Assembly (NCBI GenBank): GCA_046349955.1
Contig: JAXMBI010000009.1
Span: 147,443-211,442 of the forward strand
Reading direction: 5' to 3'
DNA: 64,000 nt
Source: Pirellulales bacterium
GTDB taxonomy: Bacteria; Planctomycetota; Planctomycetia; Pirellulales; JBGAPH01
Positions 23,369 through 32,348 of the stretch are shown here, one piece after another. The position numbers were made by a program, and so were the translations under genes. Position 1 is the first letter of the stretch. Each line of letters opens with the position of its first letter. Under the pieces are notes generated by a model. That model saw only the letters and a list, made by a program, of their open reading frames with translations. It searched no databases and was not told the origin of the DNA.

Positions 23369-24163
23369 ATGCGTCGCTTTTTGTTCCTGGCCTACGGCGT
23401 CGTCTGCCACCTGCTGTTCTTAGTGGTCTTTGCCTGGCTGGCCTGTTTTTTCGGCGGCTGGCTCGTGCCGAACACGATTGACGGCCCGGCGACCGGCGAA
23501 CCCTGGCCCCGCGCAGCGGCGATCGATCTGGCGCTGCTGGGGGTCTTCTGCCTGCAACACTCGGTGATGGCGCGGCCGGCGTTCAAGCGGCATTGGACGC
23601 GGCTCGTGCCGGCGCCGATCGAGCGCAGCACCTATGTGTTGGCCTCTTGCCTGGTCACAGGGCTCTTGATCTGGCAATGGCGCCCCATCGACCTGACGAT
23701 CTGGCACGTGAGCTCCGCAACCGGCCGCGCCGCGGTGTGGACCGTGTTCGGACTCGGCTGGCTGGCGGTGCCAGGGGTGAGCCTGCTCATTAGCCACTTC
23801 GACCTCTTCGGCACGCGGCAGGTGTGGCTGCACTGGCGCGGCCGCGACTATGAGCCGCTGCCGTTCGCCACGCCAGGCGCCTATCGCTGGGTCCGCCACC
23901 CGCTGTACGTCGGTTGGACGATCGCCTTTTTCGCTGCTCCCACGATGACCGCGGGGCACTTGTTGTTCGCCATTTCCATGACCGCTTACATGGCCGCGGC
24001 TTCGCTCCTCGAGGAGCGCGACCTGGTGGAGTTCTACGGCGAAGCCTATCGCCGCTACCGGCGAGAAGTGCCGGCCTTCGTGCCGCGGCCATGTGCTGCC
24101 ACAGTGTCGCCGGTGCAGACAAGTTCAGACCACCAGGGCGCTGCGAGCCAGTCTGCCGCGTGA
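23369..24163 (+). CDS. Membrane methyltransferase of the ICMT/PEMT superfamily, MddA-like (possible methanethiol S-methyltransferase)
   Basis: 264 aa with 4-5 TM helices. Contains the LQHSVMAR..FK pattern and the C-terminal ICMT signature (RHPLYVGWTIAFFAAPTMT ... EERDLVEFYGEAYRRYRREVPAFVP). Confidence 0.7.
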   Translation: MRRFLFLAYGVVCHLLFLVVFAWLACFFGGWLVPNTIDGPATGEPWPRAAAIDLALLGVFCLQHSVMARPAFKRHWTRLVPAPIERSTYVLASCLVTGLLIWQWRPIDLTIWHVSSATGRAAVWTVFGLGWLAVPGVSLLISHFDLFGTRQVWLHWRGRDYEPLPFATPGAYRWVRHPLYVGWTIAFFAAPTMTAGHLLFAISMTAYMAAASLLEERDLVEFYGEAYRRYRREVPAFVPRPCAATVSPVQTSSDHQGAASQSAA

Positions 24164-24194
24164 TCTTCGCTGACCACTATGGGGCCCGAGGCGC

Positions 24195-24236
24195 AAAAAA
24201 AAAGACCGCCAAGGTGGGGCAGGAACCTTGGCGGCC
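24195..24236 (-). terminator. Intrinsic terminator-like hairpin plus T9, oriented for minus-strand transcription
   Basis: The minus strand reads GGCCGCCAAGG-TTCCTGCCCCA-CCTTGGCGGTC followed by TTTTTTTTT (plus-strand A9 at 24195-24203). No annotated minus-strand gene lies upstream of it. Confidence 0.5.
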
Positions 24237-24506
24237 TCGACTGGCCGCTCGAGGACCGGGGCAGGAAGTCCAAAGTGAGCGGCCACCCATCAAGCTATCC
24301 ACCCTCCGAGGGCCTGACAAGCCCCAGGCCGCCGCCTTCCTCAGAAAAAATCTTGGGGCGGCCGCGCGGTGGGTTCTCGGCTACCGGTTGGCTTGGGGGC
24401 GTGCAGTTCGGCTGTTCGGTTGCTACGATGAGGCTGCCTTCCCTGCCACGCCCATGAACTCAGGCCTGCGCTCTGAGTTTCCCGCCTCCGTACCGTCGAG
24501 CCCGCC

Positions 24507-25889
24507 ATGCACGGCTTCGCGCTGCCGGTTCGCTGTTTCCTGGCCTGCAGCCTGACCTTGGGCGCTGCCCTGCTGCTCGCGGCCGATGCGCCGCCGGCTG
24601 AGCTGCGTTTGGCCCGCTTCGACATCGACTGCACACCTCCCGTCGGCTCGCTCATGGCCTATGACCCGGTCAAGGCCCAGGGCGAGGTCGGCCTGCGGGC
24701 CCGCGGCGTGGTGCTGCTGGGCGCCGGCCCGCCGATCGTGCTCTGCGCCGTCGACTGGATCGGCATCGCGAACGAAGCGCACGACGCCTTCCGCCAGGCG
24801 TTGGCCGAAGCCGCCGGCACTTCGCCCGATCGCGTGGCAGTGCATGCTCTCCATCAGCACGACGCGCCCGATAGCGATTTTTCGGCCGAGCAGATTCTGA
24901 AGGAGGCTGGCGTCGATCCGGGGCACTTCGCCAGCGACTTCCAGCGGCAGAAGCTCGCGGAGTTAGCGGGGGCCGTGAAGGCTTCGTTGAGCAGTGCACA
25001 GCCCCTGACTCACGTCGGCTGGGGCGCGGCCAACGCCGAAAAGGTCGCTTCGAACCGGCGGGTCATGGGGCCCGATGGCCAGGTCAAGGCGGTCCGCTAC
25101 ACCGCCTGCGCCGACGCGGCGCTGCGGGCCGAGCCCGAAGGGACGATCGACCCGCGGGTGTCGCTCGTGAGCTTCTGGAATGGGGATCGCCCGCTGGCGG
25201 TCCTCAGCTACTACGCCACGCACCCTCAGAGCTACTACCGCACCGGCATTCCCAGCCCCGACTTTCCGGGCCTCGCGCGCCTCTTCCGCCAGCTCGCGCT
25301 GCCGGAGGCGCTGCACGTTCATTTCACGGGCGCGGGGGGCAACATCGGCGCCGGCAAATACAACGATGGCTCGCCCGGCAACCGCGTGGTGCTGGCGGAA
25401 CGGCTGGCCGACGCGATGCGCCGTGCCTGGGAAGCGACGGAGCGGACGCCCATCACGGCGGCCGATGTCGCTTGGCGCGTCGTGCCGGTGCAGCTCCCCC
25501 CCTCGCGGCATTTGAACGAGGCGGAACTGCTTACGCAGATCAAGGCGGGCCAGATGCCGCAGGCCGCAACGGCCGCCACGCGGCTGGCCTGGCTGCGGCG
25601 CTGCCAATCGGGGCACGCCATCGAACTCACGCGCCTGAGCTTGGGACCAGTCAGTGTACTGCACCTGCCGGGTGAACTGTTCGTGGAGTATCAGCTTGCG
25701 GCTCAGAAGCTGCGGCCCGATCGCCACGTGGCGGTGGCGGCCTACGGCGACTACGGCCCCTGGTATATTGGCACCGAGGTCGCCTACGGCCAGGGGGGCT
25801 ACGAAACGAGCCCCACCGCGTCGAACGTCGCGCCGAATGTCGAGCCGGTGCTCACCGCGGGCATCGGAGCGCTCTTGGCCGACGACTAG
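24507..25889 (+). CDS. Secreted hypothetical protein, possibly neutral-ceramidase-like hydrolase fold
   Basis: 460 aa with a signal peptide ([18 protein letters not shown]). The layout is reminiscent of ceramidase_alk N-terminal domains (ARGVVL...[29 protein letters not shown]). The function call is weak. It sits immediately upstream of DUF1501 paralogue 2. Confidence 0.6.
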   Translation: MHGFALPVRCFLACSLTLGAALLLAADAPPAELRLARFDIDCTPPVGSLMAYDPVKAQGEVGLRARGVVLLGAGPPIVLCAVDWIGIANEAHDAFRQALAEAAGTSPDRVAVHALHQHDAPDSDFSAEQILKEAGVDPGHFASDFQRQKLAELAGAVKASLSSAQPLTHVGWGAANAEKVASNRRVMGPDGQVKAVRYTACADAALRAEPEGTIDPRVSLVSFWNGDRPLAVLSYYATHPQSYYRTGIPSPDFPGLARLFRQLALPEALHVHFTGAGGNIGAGKYNDGSPGNRVVLAERLADAMRRAWEATERTPITAADVAWRVVPVQLPPSRHLNEAELLTQIKAGQMPQAATAATRLAWLRRCQSGHAIELTRLSLGPVSVLHLPGELFVEYQLAAQKLRPDRHVAVAAYGDYGPWYIGTEVAYGQGGYETSPTASNVAPNVEPVLTAGIGALLADD

Positions 25890-25905
25890 CCCGAAGGAGC
25901 TTGCC

Positions 25906-27408
25906 ATGCTGCGAATCCTGAGCTCGCCCCGCCGGCTGTGCAGCGGTCTGACCCGCCGCGAACTGCTGCGCGTTGGCGGACTGGGACTAGCCGGCCTTGG
26001 CCTGGGCGATCTGCTGGCCTTGCAAGACCGGGCGGCCGCCGAGCCGCACGAGCGGCCGAAGTCGTTTGGCGCGGCGAAGTCGGTGATCCTCTGCCATCTC
26101 TATGGCGCGCCCAGTCAGCTCGAGACCTTCGATCCCAAACCGCAGGCCCCGGTCGAAATCCGCGGCGAACTAGGCGTGATCGGCTCCAAGCTGCCGGGCG
26201 TGCAGGTGGGCGAGCTGCTGCCGAAGACGGCGCAAACGCTCGATCGCTGCACGATCCTGCGCTCGCTCACCCATCCCTATCCGATCCACGGCGTGGCCTA
26301 TGCCCTCACGGGCATCCCCACGATGGACGTGGCGATGGAGCTGAGCCCGCGCGACGCGCGGCACTGGCCGTTCTTCGGCTCGGTGGTCGACTACTTGACG
26401 GCGCAAGACGCGGCGGCGGCAAAGCCCGGGCGCACGCCCGTGAACATGGCGCTGCCGTTTCCCATGAGCACGCGCCGCGTGGGCGAGGTGCCCCGCGCGG
26501 GGCCGTATGCCGCGTTCTTGGGCGCGCAGTACGACCCGATCTGGACCGAGTTCGTCGGCCAGGGGACGCGTGGCATTCGCAAAACGCTGACCACGCGCGT
26601 CTTCGACGAGCCCGATCCCTACATGGGGACGACTCCCGAGAGCCACTTTGCCCTGCCGAGCGTGTCCTCGCTGCCGGGCGAGCTCACCCTCGATCGGCTC
26701 GCGCAGCGCCGCAGCCTGCTCGACCAACTTGGGGCCGGGCGGCGCGAACTCGACGCGAGCCTGGCCGGCCGCGAACTGAATCGTTACCAAACGATGGCCT
26801 ACGATCTGCTCCACTCGAGCAAGTTGGCTGAGGCCCTCGACGTGCGCCGCGAGCCGGTCGCCACGCGCGAACTCTACGGCCACACGCTGTTTGGCCAAAG
26901 CTGCCTGGCGGCGCGCCGCCTGGTCGAGGCAGGCAGCCGCGTGGTCAGCGTGTTCTGGGACGAATACGGCCTGGCGGGGAGCGGCTGGGACACGCACTGG
27001 AATCACTATCAACGGATGCGCGAGGAGCTGTGCCCTGGGTTCGACCAGGCTTGGTACGGCCTGATCAACGATCTCGATCGGCGCGGGCTGCTCGATGAGA
27101 CGCTCGTGGTTTGCACGAGCGAGCACGGCCGCACCCCGCGGCTCGACAACTCCCCGGGCGGCGGCCGCGATCACTGGTCGCGCGTCTACAGTTCGATCCT
27201 GGCCGGCGGGGGCATTGCCCGCGGGCGCGTGGTCGGCGCGAGCGACCGGCAAGCGGGGGACGTGGCCGACCGGCCGATCAGCCCCAAGGATTTGCTGGCC
27301 ACGATGTACCACCTGCTGGGCATCAACCACCACACGCTGCTCCACGACCGGCTGGGCCGCCCGCTGCCGCTGGTCGAAGGACAGGTGATCCACGAGGCGC
27401 TGGGCTAA
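25906..27408 (+). CDS. DUF1501 domain protein, paralogue 2
   Basis: ATG 25906 lies 6 nt after GAAGGAG. Tat-like leader LTRRELLRVGGLGLAGLG, then LCHLYGAPSQLETFDPKP, SEHGRTP, GRDHWSRVYSSILAGGGIARG and DLLATMYHLLGINHHTLLHDRLGRPLPL. Confidence 0.9.
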   Translation: MLRILSSPRRLCSGLTRRELLRVGGLGLAGLGLGDLLALQDRAAAEPHERPKSFGAAKSVILCHLYGAPSQLETFDPKPQAPVEIRGELGVIGSKLPGVQVGELLPKTAQTLDRCTILRSLTHPYPIHGVAYALTGIPTMDVAMELSPRDARHWPFFGSVVDYLTAQDAAAAKPGRTPVNMALPFPMSTRRVGEVPRAGPYAAFLGAQYDPIWTEFVGQGTRGIRKTLTTRVFDEPDPYMGTTPESHFALPSVSSLPGELTLDRLAQRRSLLDQLGAGRRELDASLAGRELNRYQTMAYDLLHSSKLAEALDVRREPVATRELYGHTLFGQSCLAARRLVEAGSRVVSVFWDEYGLAGSGWDTHWNHYQRMREELCPGFDQAWYGLINDLDRRGLLDETLVVCTSEHGRTPRLDNSPGGGRDHWSRVYSSILAGGGIARGRVVGASDRQAGDVADRPISPKDLLATMYHLLGINHHTLLHDRLGRPLPLVEGQVIHEALG

Positions 27409-27411
27409 CTG

Positions 27412-27725
27412 CTTGCGCCGTTTGGTCGGCCGGCTGACGCCAGGCCGCTCGCCGGGCGGTGGGTTGGCCCAATCACGTGGTCCTGTTTTCAACGGTTCCG
27501 GCGAGCGGCCAGCGTTAGCTGGCTGACTTTGACCGGCTGGGCTCACTTGCGCCGTATCGGCCGGCTTACGCCAGGCCGCTCGCCGAGGCGGTGGATTGGC
27601 CAAGCCGACCGTAGTCCTGTTTTCCAACCGTTCTGGCGAGCGGCCAGCGTTAGCTGGCTGACCAAGCCGGGTTGGATTGCTTGCGCTATATGGTCGGCCG
27701 GCTTACGCCGGGCCGCTCGCCGGGG
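27412..27725 (+). repeat. Tandem repeat, 134-bp unit x 2.3, each unit a long imperfect hairpin
   Basis: Units start at 27412, 27546 and 27680 (CTTGCGCC/T...). Each full unit has arm GTCGGCCGGCT(G/T)ACGCCAGGCCGCTCGCC and, about 46 nt later, GGCGAGCGGCCAGCGTTAGCTGGCTGAC. The third unit is truncated after the left arm. Confidence 0.9.
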
Positions 27726-27733
27726 ACGCTGCG

Positions 27734-27739
27734 TATAAT
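27734..27739 (+). promoter_or_regulatory. Perfect TATAAT box ~60 nt upstream of pqiA-like start
   Basis: gcgTATAATtggg sits exactly where repeat unit 3 diverges. No convincing -35 element is present. Pattern match only. Confidence 0.25.
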
Positions 27740-27798
27740 TGGGCGGCGCGCCCCTCCTTGGCTGTGCTCGCGGCGCGTCGGCACGCAACGCTTTGCCT

Positions 27799-28413
27799 AT
27801 GGCCTCCACTCCTTCCGCGCTGCGCGGTTGCCCCTGCTGCGGGCTGGTTCAGCAATTGCCGCCGCCTCGCTCCGGCTGGCGGGCCGCATGTCACCGTTGC
27901 CACGCGCCGTTTCCCACCGCGCGCAAGGGGACTCGTGGCCGGCTGCGCGCGGTCGCCGCGGCGCTTGCGGCCTTGATTCTCTACGTCCCGGCCATCACCT
28001 TGCCCATGTTGCGGCTCGAGCGGCTGGGCCAGGTTCGCGAAGACAACCTGCTGGGCGGCATCGTCAGTTTGCTGTCGGCCGGCCACTGGTTCGTGGGACT
28101 GGTCGTGCTCGTGTTCTCGGTGATCGTGCCGCCCCTCAAGCTGATCACCCTGCTCGTGCTCGGCCTCGGCGGGGCCGGCTTTGCCACGCGGCATCAGGCG
28201 GCGGCCTACCGGCTCGTGGAGCTCGTCGGCCGTTGGGGCATGCTCGACGTCATGCTCGTGGCCGTGCTCGTGGCCTTCGTCAAGCTCGGCAACCTGGCCG
28301 AAATCCAGGCCGGGCCGGGCCTGCTGGCCTTTGCGCTGTGCGTGTTGGCCAGTTTGATCGCCAGCGTTTGCTTCGATCCCCATGACCTTTGGCGCGAACC
28401 CTGCGATGGCTGA
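27799..28413 (+). CDS. pqiA: Paraquat-inducible protein A (PqiA) family membrane protein, single module
   Basis: Starts MASTPSALRGCPCCGLVQQLPPPRSGWRAACHRCHAPF (CxxC...CxxC zinc-ribbon-like), followed by 4 TM helices and the LVELVGRWGMLDVMLVAVLVAFVKLG motif. Confidence 0.8.
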   Translation: MASTPSALRGCPCCGLVQQLPPPRSGWRAACHRCHAPFPTARKGTRGRLRAVAAALAALILYVPAITLPMLRLERLGQVREDNLLGGIVSLLSAGHWFVGLVVLVFSVIVPPLKLITLLVLGLGGAGFATRHQAAAYRLVELVGRWGMLDVMLVAVLVAFVKLGNLAEIQAGPGLLAFALCVLASLIASVCFDPHDLWREPCDG

Positions 28414-29830
28414 TCCTGCCGACAACGCTCCGCCGCCGGCGGAGGTCCCCACCGCGCGGCTCGAGCGCGAGCCCCGCTGGACCTGGTTCTGGCTCTTGCC
28501 GCTCGCCGCCGCCGCGTTCGTCGGCTGGCTGGGTTGGCAAGCCTGGGCGCTCCGCGGACCGCACATCACCGTGCGCTTCGCGAGCGGCCATGGGCTCAAG
28601 GTGGGCGACGTGCTCCGCTTCCGCGGCGTAGCCGTGGGCGACGTGACCCGCGTCGAAATCGCGCCCGATCTCGAACGTGTGGAGGTCGATATCGCGCTCG
28701 GGGACGAAGGGACGGCCCTGGCCCGCGCCGGCAGCCGCTTTTGGATCGTGCGCCCACGCGTCGACCTGACAGGCATCGACGGGCTCGACACGCTCGTGGG
28801 GGCCAACTACGTGGCCGTGCTGCCTGGCGATGGCCCGCCGCAGACCAGCTTCGAGGGGCACGACGAGCCGCCCTTGGCCGAACGGCTCGAACCCGGCGGC
28901 CTCGAGATCGTGTTGCAGGCGCGTGAGCGGGGCAGCTTGCGCCCTGGCGCCGCGATTCGCTACCGGCAGCTCCGCGTCGGCACCGTGCTCGCCGTGGGGT
29001 TGGCCGCCGACGCCAGCCTGGTTGAAGCGCGGGCCTACATCCGCCCGGCGTTTCGCGAGCTCGTGCGGCAGAATTCGCGCTTCTGGGACGCAGGCGGCGT
29101 GGAGTTCAACGCCGGTTGGCTCTCCGGCATTTCCGTGGGGCTCGACTCGCCCGAGTCGCTCGTGGCGGGCGGAATCGCCTTCGTTACGCCGACCGAGGCG
29201 GGGCCGCGCGTCGCCAGCGGCGCGCGATTCGGCGTTGCCGAGCGCTCGGAGCCCGAATGGCTCGCTTGGTCGCCCGCCTTGCCCGTGGGACCGCATTTGC
29301 TGCCGCCGGGCTCAGAGGTCCCCCAGCCGCAACGGGCATCGCTCCTCTGGCGTCACGACGGCACGCTCTGGAACAGCAACCGGGAGCGGCAAGGCTGGAT
29401 CGTGCCGATCGAGGGGGGCTACGTGGGACCGGCCGATCTGCTGACCTTGCCCGACCGCACGCTCGAGGGTTCGGCGCGGTTGGCCGTCGGCGGCCGCGAG
29501 GCCCCCGTGGTCGGCGGCAAAACCCTGCCGAATGGGCTGGGGTTCTTGCCCGCTGCCGATCTCCGCTCCCCCTGGCCACGCAAACACATGCGGGCAGCGG
29601 CGCTGCCGGAAGACGCACTCGTGATCGCCGGCCGCACGGAGTCGCCGGTGCTCATCGCCGCGCCGCGGCTGCAGCCGGGCGACAGTTGGACGGTTGATCC
29701 GGCGATTGCCTTCGACCCGGCCTGGCACGGGGCGGCCGTGCTCGGGACGAGCGACGGGGCCCTGATCGGCGTGCTGCTGCTCGCGGCGGAGGGGGCCCGC
29801 GTGGCGCCGCTGCGGCTGCCGGCGGAGTAG
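28382..29830 (+). CDS. pqiB: PqiB/MlaD-family protein with MCE domains
   Basis: N-terminal TM helix (WFWLLPLAAAAFVGWLGW), then two MCE-like units (ITVRFASGHGLKVGDVLRFRGVAVGDVTRVEI; IVLQARERGSLRPGAAIRYRQLRVGTVLAVGL) and a ~170-aa C-terminal domain. It overlaps pqiA; an alternative ATG is at 28406. Confidence 0.8.
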   Translation: MTFGANPAMADPADNAPPPAEVPTARLEREPRWTWFWLLPLAAAAFVGWLGWQAWALRGPHITVRFASGHGLKVGDVLRFRGVAVGDVTRVEIAPDLERVEVDIALGDEGTALARAGSRFWIVRPRVDLTGIDGLDTLVGANYVAVLPGDGPPQTSFEGHDEPPLAERLEPGGLEIVLQARERGSLRPGAAIRYRQLRVGTVLAVGLAADASLVEARAYIRPAFRELVRQNSRFWDAGGVEFNAGWLSGISVGLDSPESLVAGGIAFVTPTEAGPRVASGARFGVAERSEPEWLAWSPALPVGPHLLPPGSEVPQPQRASLLWRHDGTLWNSNRERQGWIVPIEGGYVGPADLLTLPDRTLEGSARLAVGGREAPVVGGKTLPNGLGFLPAADLRSPWPRKHMRAAALPEDALVIAGRTESPVLIAAPRLQPGDSWTVDPAIAFDPAWHGAAVLGTSDGALIGVLLLAAEGARVAPLRLPAE

Positions 29831-30058
29831 GCGAGCGAGGCCATTTCGAGCACTTCGATCCGCCAGCGGGAATTTTTTTTCGCGCGAGGTTGCCGCTTTT
29901 CCGCCGTCTTGCAGTTCCCTTTTCGGCAGGGAATCCGTGCGGCTCGCGCTCGCAAGAGTTCGTGCAACCAGCGGAACCGGGTCGGGCCGTCGCTTCATGG
30001 CATTCGCGGCGGCCCGACTCGGCCCGTTGCATCCCCAGACGGACCGCGCCGCCGTACA

Positions 30059-31681
30059 ATGGGGCCCATGGCAGACCTCATTCCGCGGTATCTCGTTTCG
30101 TTCGAGCCGAAGCGCATCCCCCACCAGTTCACCGATGTGCTCATCATCGGGGGCGGGCTGGCGGGCCTGCGGGCGGCGTTGGCCATCGACCCAAAGCTCT
30201 CGGCCCTGGTCGTCACCAAGCAGGCGATCCAGCAGTCGAACAGCACCTATGCCCAGGGGGGCATCGCGGGGGTGCTCGACCCGGAAGACCGCTTCGAGAA
30301 CCATATCGCCGACACTTTGAGCGCCGGGCGCGGGCTGTGCGACGAAGCGGTCGTGGAACTCGTGGTGCGCGAGGCGCCCGAGCGAATCGCCGAACTCATC
30401 GACTGGGGCACGCGCTTCGACCGCGACGCGGGGGAACTGGCCCTCGGGCGTGAGGGGGGGCACAGCCACGACCGCATCGTCCATGCCCTGGGAGACGCCA
30501 CCGGGCGCGAGGTGATGCGGGCCGTGATCGAGCGGGCGCGCGGACTCGAGAACGTCGGCATCTGGCCCCACACGTTCACGCTTGATCTGCTGACCCACGA
30601 CGGCGCCTGCCGGGGCGCGCTCGTGTGGAACAAACGGCACGGCAAAACGCTCGTCTGGGCCAAGCAAACGATTCTCGCCACCGGCGGCGCCGGCCAGGTC
30701 TATCGGGAGACCACCAACCCCGACGTGGCCACCGGCGATGGGCACGCGCTGGCCTATCGCGCGGGGGCCGAACTCCGCGACATGGAGTTCATGCAGTTCC
30801 ATCCCACGGTGCTCTACATCGCCGGCAGCAGCCGCAACCTGATCACCGAGGCAATGCGCGGCGCGGGCGCCTATCTCATCGATCGCACGGGCCGCCGGTT
30901 CATGTTCGACTACGATGCCCGCGGCGAGCTTGCCCCGCGCGACGTGGTGAGCCGGGCAATCGTGTCGCAGATGGAGAAGACCCGGCACACGAGTGTCTAT
31001 CTGGACCTGAGCCATCTCGACGCCGAGATGGTCCGCAGCCGCTTCCCGCACATCGCGGCGATCTGCACGGAGTTCGGCCTCGATATCACCCGCGACCCGA
31101 TTCCGGTGCGTCCCGGCGCGCACTACATGATGGGGGGCGTGACCGTAGACCTCGAAGGACGCTCGACCGTGCCCGGTTTGTGGGCGGCGGGCGAAGTGAG
31201 CTCGAGCGGCCTCCATGGCGCGAATCGGCTGGCGTCGAACAGCCTCTTGGAAGGGCTGGTGTTCGGCGCCCACGTGGGCTTGGGCGCGAGCCGCGCCGCG
31301 GCCGCCATAGCCGACGACTACCACGCGCTGCCGCTCGCGAACCGCCGCACGGAAGAAGTCGGCGGCGAGCCGCTCGACCTGGCGGACATCCGCAACTCAC
31401 TCAAGAGCCTGCTCTGGCGGGCGGCCGGCGTGCGCCGCGAGCGCGAAGCGCTGGAAGATGCCCGCGAGACGGTCGACCGCTGGTGCCGGTATGTGCTCGC
31501 GCGGCAGTTCGCCGATCCAACGGGCTGGGAACTGCAGAACATGCTCGTGGTGGCGCGGCTCATCATCCGCGGCGCGCTCGAGCGCGAAGAGACGCGCGGC
31601 GTCCACTTCCGCACGGACTTTCCCGAGACCGACGACGAGCACTGGCGCCGGCACCTGGCGTTTCGTCGGGAAGGCGCCTAG
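30059..31681 (+). CDS. nadB: L-aspartate oxidase
   Basis: FAD fold FTDVLIIGGGLAGLRAAL, then STYAQGGIAGV, HPTVLY and RHTSVYLDLSHL. The length and C-terminus are typical of NadB. Alternative ATG at 30068. Confidence 0.9.
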   Translation: MGPMADLIPRYLVSFEPKRIPHQFTDVLIIGGGLAGLRAALAIDPKLSALVVTKQAIQQSNSTYAQGGIAGVLDPEDRFENHIADTLSAGRGLCDEAVVELVVREAPERIAELIDWGTRFDRDAGELALGREGGHSHDRIVHALGDATGREVMRAVIERARGLENVGIWPHTFTLDLLTHDGACRGALVWNKRHGKTLVWAKQTILATGGAGQVYRETTNPDVATGDGHALAYRAGAELRDMEFMQFHPTVLYIAGSSRNLITEAMRGAGAYLIDRTGRRFMFDYDARGELAPRDVVSRAIVSQMEKTRHTSVYLDLSHLDAEMVRSRFPHIAAICTEFGLDITRDPIPVRPGAHYMMGGVTVDLEGRSTVPGLWAAGEVSSSGLHGANRLASNSLLEGLVFGAHVGLGASRAAAAIADDYHALPLANRRTEEVGGEPLDLADIRNSLKSLLWRAAGVRREREALEDARETVDRWCRYVLARQFADPTGWELQNMLVVARLIIRGALEREETRGVHFRTDFPETDDEHWRRHLAFRREGA

Positions 31682-31691
31682 GAAGCTGCGG

Positions 31692-31943
31692 CTAACGCGG
31701 ATACTCGCCCCAGGCCGAAGGGTTCAGCGTCGGCGGGCTGGGAAACTCGGGGAGCGTGCGATGGGCGTAGACCATCGTGGCGGTCAGGAAGCCGAGCACC
31801 AGCAGGCAGAACGTGGCCACGCAGGCCATGGCGCTGGGACAGCGATCGGCGAACCGGCTGAGGGCGCCGTCGTCTTCGCAGTCGTCCCAGGTCGAAGCCT
31901 CGGTATGCATGTGATCCATCGTGGCGCCGCCCAGCGAATTCAT
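31692..31943 (-). CDS. Possible small membrane protein (83 aa)
   Basis: MNSLGGATMDHMHTEASTWDDCEDDGALSRFADRCPSAMACVATFCLLVLGFLTATMVYAHR... It has one TM helix. No family recognised. Confidence 0.35.
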   Translation of the reverse strand: MNSLGGATMDHMHTEASTWDDCEDDGALSRFADRCPSAMACVATFCLLVLGFLTATMVYAHRTLPEFPSPPTLNPSAWGEYPR

Positions 31944-32348
31944 GGTTGCTTCTCCGCAACGTGTTCTTGCAGACTGCTTGCCCCACAACCCCCGACTGGG
32001 GGCGTACACGGCAAACGTAGGACGGCGGATGGTCCCCGGCAATTCGAGAGACCGTAGGGCGGGAGCATTTTGGGCCGCATATCCGTCACGTCCGGCGTGC
32101 CGAGTGCATCGCGAAAGACCGCACCATGCGGAGGCCTTCGGAAATGGGCAGGGGACGGCTTGTAGCGAGTGAACTGCCGTCGGATAATCCTTGACAGCAG
32201 TCCAGCCGCCGGCGTGATGGGGTCCGCGGCATGCTGCCGCGAACCAGAGTGAGGAATGTTCCGCGACTCGAGGTTGATGATCTCTCGAGCAACGCGGCCC
32301 TAACTGCGCGCCGTGCGCGGCGCGCTTGGATCGTCGGGAGTTCCTCCA

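Noticed and set aside
24237-24440. SRP RNA or RNase P RNA on either strand
   Set aside because: Fragments such as GTCAGGCCCTCGGAGGG and GGAAGTCCAAAG resemble the SRP helix-8 and RNase P P4 motifs superficially. However, the conserved GGAA/AGCA and GAGGAAAGUCCGGGC cores are not present.
26170-27627. 485-aa minus-strand ORF covering DUF1501 paralogue 2 and part of the tandem repeat
   Set aside because: Antisense shadow. Its N-terminal part is simply the 134-bp repeat read in frame, with PPGERPGVSRP appearing twice.
27412-27725. Possible CRISPR array
   Set aside because: The unit is 134 bp and internally palindromic, there are only 2.3 copies, and there is no alternation of short conserved repeats with unique spacers. 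No cas genes occur in the window.
30055-30068. TACAAT box implying a leaderless nadB mRNA
   Set aside because: The best -35 candidate (TTGCAT at 30027-30032) is 22 nt away, which is too far. A single hexamer match in this context is not evidence.
29312-31324. 670-aa ORF antisense to nadB and the pqiB 3' end
   Set aside because: Antisense shadow spanning two real plus-strand genes and their intergenic region. No motifs.
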